From positions 3,968,001 through 4,032,000 of the forward strand of contig OY820579.1 of the NCBI GenBank assembly GCA_963681965.1: a stretch of DNA of 64,000 bases, read 5' to 3'. This stretch comes from a bacterium (GTDB lineage: Bacteria > Electryoneota > JAOADG01). Of this stretch, positions 1-10,000 are shown piece by piece. The notes below the pieces were generated by a model. It saw only the letters and a list, made by a program, of their open reading frames with translations, did no database searches and was not told the DNA's origin. Position 1 is the first letter of the stretch; each line of letters starts with the position of its first letter. A program made the translations under genes and the position numbers.

Positions 1-1805
1 GAACTTGGCAGGGTTTCGATCGCTGGTTCGGAAATGAATGCCGATTCTGAAGTAGCTGCACTAGCCTCGGATGATCCCGTAACCGGTTCATCGGGCTCCG
101 GAGGCAAATCCGGTGCAAGTGCAGTGGAACCGACATCGGCATTCGCTAAGCCAAGTTCCGGTTCGAACGAATGTCTCCGGATGTAGGCGATGATTGCAAT
201 GAGCAATGGGATAATTAACAGACCGGCAGCGATTCCACCGGTTAATTGGAAATATAGATTCTGACTGCGGAGCATCAGGAACGCCGTGTACAACGCATCA
301 ACGGAATAGTGCCAAACCAAACAGGCAAGAATTCCGAACCGCAGCATGATGATCCCGACAATGATACCGCCAATACCGACTTCGACACCGCGAATCCACC
401 ACGGTTCATTCGGATAAGCGGCATGTCCGAAACCCCAGATAATCGCCGGGATAAATATTGCCAACCAATTGAACCTCCCTTTAAACAGTTTCTGCAGGAA
501 GGGGATCGAGAACATTCGGCTCATAAATTCTTCGGAGACTGCCGGGAAGAATCCCATCATCAACACGGCTGCCCACGGGAAAGAGGTCTTTAACAGGTCG
601 TCGTAGGGTACATCGGCAGGGCTCCAAGCCCCGAATTTACCGGCAATGAGATAGTAGGCAATCTGATAGGAAAAGAAGAATGCCGTCATTGAGATGCCGA
701 GCAGAATGCTCTTGAAAGTGGATTTGGTGCGCAATGCTCTAACCGAGAACATGCGACCGAGCGCCATTGCGTTGGGATAGCGCTCGCGATACATCGTCTC
801 GGCGGAGGCGGTCAGGAGCAGTATTCCGACGCCAGCCATAAGCGCCATGAAAATGTTTCCGCCGATCGTCTTGATGAGAAATCCCGACCAAGGGTCGGTC
901 GTATTATAATAGACGAAACCAGCAGTCAGATTGTTCATCGAATTGAGGAATGCGAGAATCGTTGCGACAATACCGAACCAGACCGCGGTTCGCCACTGAA
1001 TATCCTTCTTCCGGATCCGGATGATGAGAATGATACCGATCGCGAGTGCCGTCAAAATCATCCCGATACCATCAACCGATCCTGCAGCATTGTTATAACT
1101 GCGCATCTTGGTGTACTTCGCACTCCACGCCTCGGGAACAAACAACTCCTCGCGGTACTGCGAAATCTTACCGCATTGAACCCGGACATAATAGCGGTAA
1201 TCGGAGCCAGAAACCGGTTGAATCGAGGAATCGCGATAGGTAAAATCCCAATCGGTACGGTTAGGGCGACCGAGTTTACTGGTTTCGAAGAACTTTACCC
1301 GGGTCGAGTCAAGTGCACGGGTTTTATAGATGTACTCATTCGCCACTTGGATCGCTTCGGCTTCGGTGGGTGACGGTCCCGAAGCTTCTTCCGGAATCGC
1401 ATGAAAGAAACCAACCATCCGCCCATCGGGTGAGATATGTACGGAGAACTCTTCTTTCGTTGATGGCTTAAACCAGCGATGCCACCAGTACCAAATTGAG
1501 ATTGGCTTTCCATAGTAGGCTTGCGCTTTGGTGTTACCGAGTTCCTTCTCGAGGTAGGTCTTCGACCAACCATTGTAATCGAATGCGCTACCGTGGATGT
1601 ATCCGGGTGGTACGGTCACTTGGTGATCAGTCAGGACTGTTTGCGCCAGTGCCTGCGAACCGTCGCGATCATACTTGAAATCGATCGAAGCTTCCGGGAA
1701 GGCATCGCGAAAAAATGCGCGACTAAACAGGAAGCCACCGATTAGTATTGCACAACAGATAACGATAAAAATCCAATCAGAGCGGTTAAGGCGATTAGTA
1801 TTCAT
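1..1805 (-). CDS. Large CPBP-family (Abi/CAAX) intramembrane glutamic endopeptidase with extracytoplasmic domain; partial, 3' end beyond window start
   Basis: Not in the ORF track. Segments translated by hand from ATG at 1805: MNTNRLNRSDWIFIVICCAILIGGFLF...WYWWHRWFKP. In the same frame near 300-540 are the three CPBP motifs SEEFMSR (EExxxR), WGFGH and WHYSVD. Confidence 0.85.
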   Translation of the reverse strand, partial: MNTNRLNRSDWIFIVICCAILIGGFLFSRAFFRDAFPEASIDFKYDRDGSQALAQTVLTDHQVTVPPGYIHGSAFDYNGWSKTYLEKELGNTKAQAYYGKPISIWYWWHRWFKPSTKEEFSVHISPDGRMVGFFHAIPEEASGPSPTEAEAIQVANEYIYKTRALDSTRVKFFETSKLGRPNRTDWDFTYRDSSIQPVSGSDYRYYVRVQCGKISQYREELFVPEAWSAKYTKMRSYNNAAGSVDGIGMILTALAIGIILIIRIRKKDIQWRTAVWFGIVATILAFLNSMNNLTAGFVYYNTTDPWSGFLIKTIGGNIFMALMAGVGILLLTASAETMYRERYPNAMALGRMFSVRALRTKSTFKSILLGISMTAFFFSYQIAYYLIAGKFGAWSPADVPYDDLLKTSFPWAAVLMMGFFPAVSEEFMSRMFSIPFLQKLFKGRFNWLAIFIPAIIWGFGHAAYPNEPWWIRGVEVGIGGIIVGIIMLRFGILACLVWHYSVDALYTAFLMLRSQNLYFQLTGGIAAGLLIIPLLIAIIAYIRRHSFEPELGLANADVGSTALAPDLPPEPDEPVTGSSEASAATSESAFISEPAIETLPS

Positions 1806-2076
1806 GATGGATCCTCGATCAAGGCGTTGTAGCGGATGGTAATAATCTATAGATAATACAATATTTTTAAATTTATTTCAACGATTTGGTGGTTTCCGGA
1901 ACTTTTTTGGTCTTCAGGTAAACGTTCGGCTTTTAGGGTTATCGGCGTTAACTCGAGATTTCATCTCAAGTTCGGTCGATGATCGTGAAAATTTGCCCTC
2001 TAGAGTACTAAAATCTTTATAAAAGTAGTGTTCGACAGTGTATTTTGTCTTGAATATTTCGTACGTTATTGTACTT

Positions 2077-5000
2077 ATGCCAAACACCGATTCGCGCCCC
2101 CGGCTCCGGCGCTTACTACCGATCAAACTAGCAATTCCGGGAATCGGAATCGTTTTGTTCGCGATTCTGCTATTCGTCTCGCTTTCCATTGCAGCCGAAC
2201 CCCCGGTTCGAATACTCCACCGCGCCAAACAACTGCATTCACAGGGTCTGTTGATCGAGGCAAGCGATCAATACGCCAGCTATCTTCGGGTTGCTCCCGA
2301 CGATTTGGATACCCGTTGGCTGCTGGTGGAATTGCTGGTCTTTCTTAAACGTTACGAAGCGGCTCAATCAAATTTGGAATTCCTCCGGGCGAAATCGCCG
2401 AATGATCCCCGGCTAAAACTGTTCAAACTGGATAAATACACGAAACGCGAAAAGAAACGAGTTCCGTTCGATCATCGCACCGAAAAAGAGTTTGAAGAAA
2501 TCATCGCCAAAGGGAATCCTAAACCGGAAATCCTACTCGACTATGCTCGATATTTGACTTCGACCAATCATCTTCCGCGAGCAATCGAAATCTATCGGAT
2601 GTACCTCAAACAACGCCCTGAAGATGTTACCTCGCGCCTGAATCTGGCAAAAATTTTTTCATGGACGAAAGGGTTCGATGCCGGGCGAGCGGAATGCCAG
2701 ATTCTCTTGAAACAGAATCCGAAAAATGCCGATGCATTGGGTGTTCTGGGCGATATTTATGCTTGGAGTAGTCAGGAAGAAACCGCCATAACCTATTACC
2801 GGCAGGCACAGCAATTTGCTTCCAATCCCGGTTTCTATGCAGAGAAAATAAAACGTTTGCTTGCGACCCCGGGTTATAAAGAAATCGATATGATGAGTCG
2901 CGCGAAGAAGGATCATACTGGTAAAGTCGCCTTGGAGCTGGCAAAACTATTACTCGATCAAGGTCGCGAAGACGAAGCCGATTCGCTGGTACAAGTTCGA
3001 CTGGAATATACCTCGCAGGATTCCGAAGCAATCAATTTATCCGAAACGATTAAAGTGCATCGCGAGAAACGACTCACGGAGAATCGCATTCGACTCAACG
3101 AGCGGCTTCTCACCAATCCGAAAGATACACTTGCCTTGCTGGGTCTCGCACAGACGCTTTATCAATATCCCGATTCGATTATGGTCGCATCGCGGATTTA
3201 TGTTCGGTATCTCAATCTCCGCCCCTCGGACAATCAGGCACGATTGGAATACGCCAACACCCTGTTGTGGGCAGGACGGTGGGAGGAAGCGGAAAAAGAG
3301 CTACGGTCGTTAAGCATCGTAATGAAGGACAATCTCGATGTGCAGTTGGGATTGGCTGATGCGATGCTGCGTAGTTCGCACGATCCTTCCGCATCGGAGC
3401 GGATCTACCGCTTGGCATTGATGAAGAAACCGGACGATATCACGATCAAAACCGGATTAGGCGAAGCGCTGCGGATGCAGGGTCGGTATAACGAAGCGCG
3501 TCAGATTTTTTCGGAAGTATTGGAAGCCGACTCCACCAATAAGTGGATCAGTTTTATTCTCGGTTACATGGATGAAGATTACGGACCCCTGATTCATGCT
3601 GCTGAGAAAGCCGTCGAAGCTGCACCCGACGATCCCGATGCGATCAAACGTCTAGCAGAATATTATTTGAAGTCGAAGCGGTATCGCGATGCCGAAACCA
3701 GTTATCGAAGATTGTTGAATATCGAGCCGAATAATCCGATTGCACTCGAAATCGTACATAATCTCGAACGTCGAAAACTCGGCTGGCAATTCGAGCAATT
3801 CAACAACACGATGTTCGAGATGGGAACGAATCCCGAGAGTGCCGAATCGCATTTATTACTCGCCGATTTCTTGATCAGCGAAGAAAATTATCCGGAGGCG
3901 ATCGAACAGTATAAAACGGTACATCAGATGAAACCGGACGATCGCGACATTGAGTTGCAGCTAGCCGATTTATACGAATCCAATAAACAACTAAGTGAAG
4001 CGATTGAAATCTATCGTCGGTTGGCAACCGATTTCCCGAACAATTACGAATATCGCTATCGATTGGCGCAAGCCTTGTTGGAACGTGGCGACAACACAGC
4101 AGCTCTGCAGGCATTTGAAACTGCCAATACGATGAATCCGGATGCCGTCGAAACCCTCTTGGGAATCGCCGAATTGTATCAATTAAAAAACGAAACGGAA
4201 CTAGCGATCGAGAAGTATCTCGCGATTCTATCCGCACATCCGGAAAACGAACCGGCTAAAACGGCATTGTCGGACATCAAAGGTTCGGTTATTCGCGGTA
4301 TTCAGTTCTCCGCGAATCAGGAATCCGACAACGGCGACTACTCGACTCAAGCGCAAGAAGCGACGATCGATCTCGGACTATCCATCCGTAATGCTTACCG
4401 CATCGGCTACGGTCAGTTGAAGATCAAACAGAAATCGGTTGAGTACAAAGCGTGGCAAATTTTCGCAGAAACAGATATCCGGTTGGCGAAAAACTTCTGG
4501 AATTCCAGCTCGTATCACCAATATCAGTGGGAAGAGAGTTATTCGCCATCCTATCGAACCGAATTCCGTTATCTCTGGTCAGATGACAAATTGGGTTCTA
4601 ACGCCGAATTACGTGTATCGGGTTCGAAACAGGACGCGATCTTCGATATTGGCAGTGAAGATTCCTTGCGAAGTATGTCAAAAGGGCTCAGCTCGGTCGT
4701 GGGCGGTGTCCATGGACTGTTTTCTTACTGGCGGTTTGGATTGGAAGGGGATTATACCTACACCGATATCTCGGATAACAATCACCGGGATTGGTCGTGG
4801 GGTGAATTGGGTTATCGTCTGAATCCCTATCTAACGGTGGGTGCGCGCCGGGAAAGCTTGCGGTTCACCAATCCTTCGCAGCTCTATTGGTCATCGAAAA
4901 TTTACGACACGTTCGGCGGATGGGCTCAGATAAAACGGTCATCGACCAAATTGGACTTTTCCGCTAAGGGAATTGTCACAAAAGTATTTCACACCAATTC

Positions 5001-5148
5001 TACCGAGCGAACCGTGGAAGCAGAGCTTGAGTATAAATTGAAAGAGTGGATTTCGATCGGGGGAAGTTACAACGCGATTGCAACTCAACACGAAACCGGC
5101 AAGTACACGTCGCAAGGATTTACCGTAACGCTCAATACTAGTTGGTAA
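2077..5148 (+). CDS. TPR-repeat protein with C-terminal outer-membrane beta-barrel (PgaA/PelB/BcsC-like architecture)
   Basis: N-terminal signal/TM segment, ~700 aa of TPR-like helices, then ~290 aa of alternating beta-strand pattern ending FTVTLNTSW (terminal aromatic). ATG 2077 preferred over the ORF-track start 2038. Confidence 0.75.
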   Translation: MPNTDSRPRLRRLLPIKLAIPGIGIVLFAILLFVSLSIAAEPPVRILHRAKQLHSQGLLIEASDQYASYLRVAPDDLDTRWLLVELLVFLKRYEAAQSNLEFLRAKSPNDPRLKLFKLDKYTKREKKRVPFDHRTEKEFEEIIAKGNPKPEILLDYARYLTSTNHLPRAIEIYRMYLKQRPEDVTSRLNLAKIFSWTKGFDAGRAECQILLKQNPKNADALGVLGDIYAWSSQEETAITYYRQAQQFASNPGFYAEKIKRLLATPGYKEIDMMSRAKKDHTGKVALELAKLLLDQGREDEADSLVQVRLEYTSQDSEAINLSETIKVHREKRLTENRIRLNERLLTNPKDTLALLGLAQTLYQYPDSIMVASRIYVRYLNLRPSDNQARLEYANTLLWAGRWEEAEKELRSLSIVMKDNLDVQLGLADAMLRSSHDPSASERIYRLALMKKPDDITIKTGLGEALRMQGRYNEARQIFSEVLEADSTNKWISFILGYMDEDYGPLIHAAEKAVEAAPDDPDAIKRLAEYYLKSKRYRDAETSYRRLLNIEPNNPIALEIVHNLERRKLGWQFEQFNNTMFEMGTNPESAESHLLLADFLISEENYPEAIEQYKTVHQMKPDDRDIELQLADLYESNKQLSEAIEIYRRLATDFPNNYEYRYRLAQALLERGDNTAALQAFETANTMNPDAVETLLGIAELYQLKNETELAIEKYLAILSAHPENEPAKTALSDIKGSVIRGIQFSANQESDNGDYSTQAQEATIDLGLSIRNAYRIGYGQLKIKQKSVEYKAWQIFAETDIRLAKNFWNSSSYHQYQWEESYSPSYRTEFRYLWSDDKLGSNAELRVSGSKQDAIFDIGSEDSLRSMSKGLSSVVGGVHGLFSYWRFGLEGDYTYTDISDNNHRDWSWGELGYRLNPYLTVGARRESLRFTNPSQLYWSSKIYDTFGGWAQIKRSSTKLDFSAKGIVTKVFHTNSTERTVEAELEYKLKEWISIGGSYNAIATQHETGKYTSQGFTVTLNTSW

Positions 5149-5172
5149 TATTACATAATCGGGGATTTCATT

Positions 5173-7008
5173 TTGAAACATATCCATAAATTTCTTTTCA
5201 GTCTGATCACGATCCTCCTGGTATCGAATGGATATGCCTTTACCTCGTTGCTTCCCCGTCCCGATCCGATTCGGGTATTGGTAATTTCACCTGCCGAATC
5301 CGACTGGTACGAAATGGGTACTAATCGCATTCACGGACCGAATCCATTTCATAATTACCGTCCCGAAGCAACCGTCGATAGTGTTTTCGAATTCGATTTT
5401 ACGACCGAAACCAACTTCGATAAATTAGCACGCGATTACAATGTTATCGTTGCGAATAACACCGCATTTCTTTCGAAACGGCAAGCGAAGATATTGTCCG
5501 ATTTTACAGCCAAGGGTGGTGGTCTGCTGCTAGCTGGTGAAGTATCCTGCTACGACCGGAATCGCAAATTCACCGATTACGACTATATTTCGAAAATGAT
5601 TGGCGACGAACCGGCGCGCACCGAGATGGTTCGTCATGTCCCTGCCGCGTTGCGGATTCGTTTTGGCGCTCCCGGCACACTGAATTTGGCACCTGGTTTG
5701 ATGCTGGGTTTTTCACCCACGAAAAAAGTACTCTACCTGAAATCATTGAATAATAGCCAGCCGATTGGCTATTGGGCGGAAGACGAATACACCGAATCCG
5801 ATCCGCTCTCGATACCGCGGTTAATCGGAATGGCAGCACGATCGTATAAGAATGGTCGGGTCGTCTGGTATGGCGGCGATCTACAAGATTTTTACGACGA
5901 CGAAGCGAATAAACGGTTTGTACAGATTCTCAATCGTGATCTGCTCTATTGGTTAGCCGGTCGCGCCAACGCGAGTATCGCTCCTTGGCCCGATGGAAAA
6001 AAGACGGCGATTCTGATTCACGGCGATATCGAAGATCAATTCGAGAAAGTCATGAATTTGATGCCGGTACTCAAAAAATATAAAATTCGCTCGACTTTCA
6101 ATATCCTAATGGATGTCGGCGATAAATTTCCCGAAGTGATCGTCGCGATGCGCGAGACCGGAGCCGAACTTGGTATTCACGGCGATGTTCACGACGCGTT
6201 TGGCGGTCAACCATTCGAACTGCAAAAACAGCGCATCACCACCGTACAAGATTTCGTCGAACGATTTGGACCGCGTCCGAAGGGTCTCCGCCCTCCGACG
6301 ATTTCATACGATGCGAATACTCTTCGTGCCGCTAAGGACTGCGGTCTGATTTACGTAGCCGCCGACGAGGATCCCGATCGGTACTATCCCCGACTCGTGC
6401 CCTATTTCGCCGAAGATACCACTGCGGGGTATGTAGTAGTCTATCCCAAATGCGAGTTGGATGACTACGATTTGATGGTCCGATTCGGACTGCTGGACAA
6501 CAATCAGATTGTCGAGATGTGCCTTACCGACTATGACCTGATCGACGATTGCGGTGGATTATATAAATTCAATTACCACAGTCAGTACCTAGCGAAAAAA
6601 GAATTCATGCCGTCGATCGACAATTTATTCGCAAAGATCACCAAGGAAGATCACTGGATTGCACCACTCGTCGATATCTCGACCTGGATTCTGAAACGGG
6701 CGTATCTGAATGTTCAATCGACCCAATCCGACAGCGCCTTCACGGTCCTTGTGAAAAACTACGGCACCGAAACGGTGAATGGTGCATCGTTAGTCGTTTC
6801 ACCACCAGCTACCTTCCCACTGAAAGAGATCCATGTCGTAGCCGACAATCAACGATGCTACACGAAAATCGACAATGGAAACCTGATTTTTTCGCTTCCT
6901 ACTATCAGTCCCGGACAAGAGACATTGGTTCAAGTCATTCTTCCCGGGCAACCCGGATACGATCTGAAAACATCGTACCTCGAATCATCCGGTCGTACCG
7001 ACCGATAA
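5173..7008 (+). CDS. Secreted polysaccharide deacetylase (CE4/NodB-like) with N-terminal class I glutamine-amidotransferase-like (ThuA-like) domain
   Basis: Signal peptide. NodB-type motifs IHGDIED, ELGIHGDVH, GLRPP, FNYH. N-terminal FTAKGGGLLLAG and GRVVWYG are typical of the GATase-like fold. Confidence 0.75.
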   Translation: MKHIHKFLFSLITILLVSNGYAFTSLLPRPDPIRVLVISPAESDWYEMGTNRIHGPNPFHNYRPEATVDSVFEFDFTTETNFDKLARDYNVIVANNTAFLSKRQAKILSDFTAKGGGLLLAGEVSCYDRNRKFTDYDYISKMIGDEPARTEMVRHVPAALRIRFGAPGTLNLAPGLMLGFSPTKKVLYLKSLNNSQPIGYWAEDEYTESDPLSIPRLIGMAARSYKNGRVVWYGGDLQDFYDDEANKRFVQILNRDLLYWLAGRANASIAPWPDGKKTAILIHGDIEDQFEKVMNLMPVLKKYKIRSTFNILMDVGDKFPEVIVAMRETGAELGIHGDVHDAFGGQPFELQKQRITTVQDFVERFGPRPKGLRPPTISYDANTLRAAKDCGLIYVAADEDPDRYYPRLVPYFAEDTTAGYVVVYPKCELDDYDLMVRFGLLDNNQIVEMCLTDYDLIDDCGGLYKFNYHSQYLAKKEFMPSIDNLFAKITKEDHWIAPLVDISTWILKRAYLNVQSTQSDSAFTVLVKNYGTETVNGASLVVSPPATFPLKEIHVVADNQRCYTKIDNGNLIFSLPTISPGQETLVQVILPGQPGYDLKTSYLESSGRTDR

Positions 7009-7041
7009 ATTGTGTCATATTTTCGATTGCGAGAGGCGAAA

Positions 7042-10000
7042 GTGAGCACTTTCAAATTTGATTTACGAGCATTTGCTTTGCCGAGCTTGCTATATCTTTT
7101 GCTGGTGGTGGCAGTGTGCTTTCCACTACAGTCGTTTGCAGTTCGCGATTGGACTGCTAATGACGATGCAATCATCGGGATACCCTCTGCCGAAGAGATG
7201 CCGTTGACCTATCGGACGCTGGATAACGGACAGTACGCCTTTCGATTCGAACGCCCAGTGCTGAAGCGAGAACTTGTTCAAGCGAACGGAAGCGCATGGA
7301 CGTTGCTCTCAATCGATGGTGAAACGAAACGATGGGAAATTGGCAAACCATCGTTACCACTGGTCGTTCGAAGTATCCTCCTCCCCAATAAAGGAAATAT
7401 CGAAGTAAAGATCGTCTCGTCGAAATTTGAAGAATTCAACAATATCGATGTGCTGCCGCAGCAACCGATGACTCTGGACAAAGTACCGTTTGTAACCGAT
7501 GAAAAAATTTATCGAACCGACCAGTGGTTTCCGGAAAACATCGTCGAAATCTGTCCTCCGGCAATCATGCGCGATGCGCGTGTAGCGCCGTTGGCGTATT
7601 CACCAGTTCAGTACAATCCTGTAACCAGAAAACTTCGGATCTATACCGAAGTGAATGTTGAAATCATTCCTAGTGGTGGGCAGGGCATTAACGAATTGAC
7701 TTCTTTACCTCGACCGGCACCCAGTTTTGCCTCGCTGTACCGGAACATCATCGGTGCCGATGAGTTGACTGAAATCAATCAACAAGCCACTCCCGGTCAA
7801 ATTCTGATGATTGCGCGCAATCAAACTACAGTAACGACAGCACTGAATTATTTGATTGAATGGAAGAAATTGAGTGGACACCCGACTCAACTTGTAACGG
7901 TAGATGCGAATGCCACTGCCGATCAGATTCATCAAATTATTGCCACCGCTTATGCATCCTACAATCCACCATTGGAGTATGTGATACTAGTCGGTGAAGG
8001 CGGTACTACCGGCACGATGCTCCCCTCGTATTTTCAATACACCGAGTGGTCCGATCACCCGTATATGGAAATTGTCGGCAACGACCGACTCGCCGATGTT
8101 TGTGTTTCCCGCTTCTCGTTTTCGCAGATGACCGAATTGCAAACGATGGTGAATCGCTCGGTCATTTACGAAAAGACCCCGCCAACCACCGATACTACGT
8201 GGTTCACGAAAGGGTGGGGTTATGCGGGGTATTCACACGATGTGTATTCTATTCCTCCGGCAATCCGATTTTGTATTTCGATGATGAATCAGCGTGGGAT
8301 CAATACTGTCCCGTATGACGAACACAACGGTCGGGTCGATGCCGGATTGATCAGTACCCGGTTATCGCCCGGAGCGACCTTCTGGGCGCATCGTCCGGCA
8401 TGGATTGGCGAAATTCTGCCAGCCGATTTTCAGAATTTGAATAATGTCGGCAAGCCGTTCGTCGCATTCAATTTGACTTGCGAGAGCGGAGCGTGGTATG
8501 GTGAAACCGTCACTGGTGTACATGAGGCACTGACACGACTGGGAACACCATCGCAACCGAAAGGCGCAATTGCCGCGATGGCTACCGAAACAAGTCACAC
8601 TCACCCCTCGCCGAACAACTGCGTGATCACCGGTGGTTTTCAAGCACTCGGTATCAACAACGCAATTCACCCCTCGGAAATGTATCTGGCAGGCAAGTAC
8701 CAACTCTGGCGTAATTTCTCAGCCTATTCACCAGCAGTCGTCGATAGTTTTTCGAGTTGGAACAATATCATGGGCGACGCTTCCACAATCATGTGGACTG
8801 CCGCTCCGCGCACGCTTTTGGCAGTGATGCCGCAACAACTTGGCATCGGCGACAATCGGTTTGGCGTATCGGTCACAGTGCGCGGCAATCCGGCACCGAA
8901 TGCATTAGTGACGGCATGGAAGCGAAACGGTAGCGGCGTGAATGAGACCTATACTTCGGTTCGAACCGATGAATTGGGCAATGCACTACTCACTTTGACC
9001 AACGCGACTGCCGGAAATATGTATGTCTCGGTTACTTCGGGTGAATCGGGTCTGAATTACAAAGCGTTCCTCGATACCGTAGTGATCGCGCAAGCGACTG
9101 CTGATTTGGCGTTATCGAGTGTCACCGTAAACGATACTCCGGGCGGTGGAATTATCGGTAACAGCGATACCCAAGCAAATCCCGGTGAAACGGTCGAATT
9201 GCAAATCCGACTAACCAATGTCAGCGCGACATCGGTGACGGGCATAAGCGGTACACTGCTCTCGCTCGACTCGCGGATCGCGGTAGTCTCCAATACTGCG
9301 AGCTGGCAGGATCTGGCGAGCGGCGCATCGATCGTCAACACCGGCTCGCTGCGCGTACAGATGCATCCAGCCTTGCATGACAATGAGATTATACCGCTCC
9401 GACTGAATGTGAATTCAACGGAAGGGTCGCTCTCGTTAACCGTACCGTTGCTGATCAGATCATTGGCATCGGCGTTTGTTTCCGATACGACAATCGGCTC
9501 GGCTAGACTCAATCCCGGTGCGACAGCTCAACTAGCGGTGACACTGAAAAATAATGGTGGATTGGCTCTCTCGACTCCGACCACAGCGACACTAACCTCA
9601 CTCAATCGATTTGTAACGGTGGGAAGTGCGACTGCAAGTTTTTCCTCAATTCCTTCTAATGGAATCTTTTCCAATCTTGGTGGAGTCACTTGGACGGTTA
9701 GTGCAAGCAGTGCCGCAGTACCCGGCACTCAGGCGAGTTTTCAAATCGTTCTTGCGAATGGTGCTGTTCGCGACACCTTATTTTTTACCAAGACAATTGG
9801 AACGGTTCGAACAGTCGATCCGACTGGTCCCGACGGTTACGGTTATCGTGTGTTCGACGATACCGATACCGAATACAACCAGATGCCAACCTATCAGTGG
9901 GTCGAACTCCGTCCCGACCTTGGTGGCAGTGGCACGCGATTGAATATTCCCGATATCCAAGTGGAACACGATACATCACTCGTTATCCGGTTGCCATTCA

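Noticed and set aside
309-1745. Short ORF-track ORFs at the window start
   Set aside because: Shadows or off-frame fragments of the minus-strand CPBP gene
1-1805. CPBP ('Abi') and MazG (61219-62070) as anti-phage defence genes
   Set aside because: The Abi name for CPBP is historical, MazG is the tandem-domain housekeeping type, and there is no defence-island context
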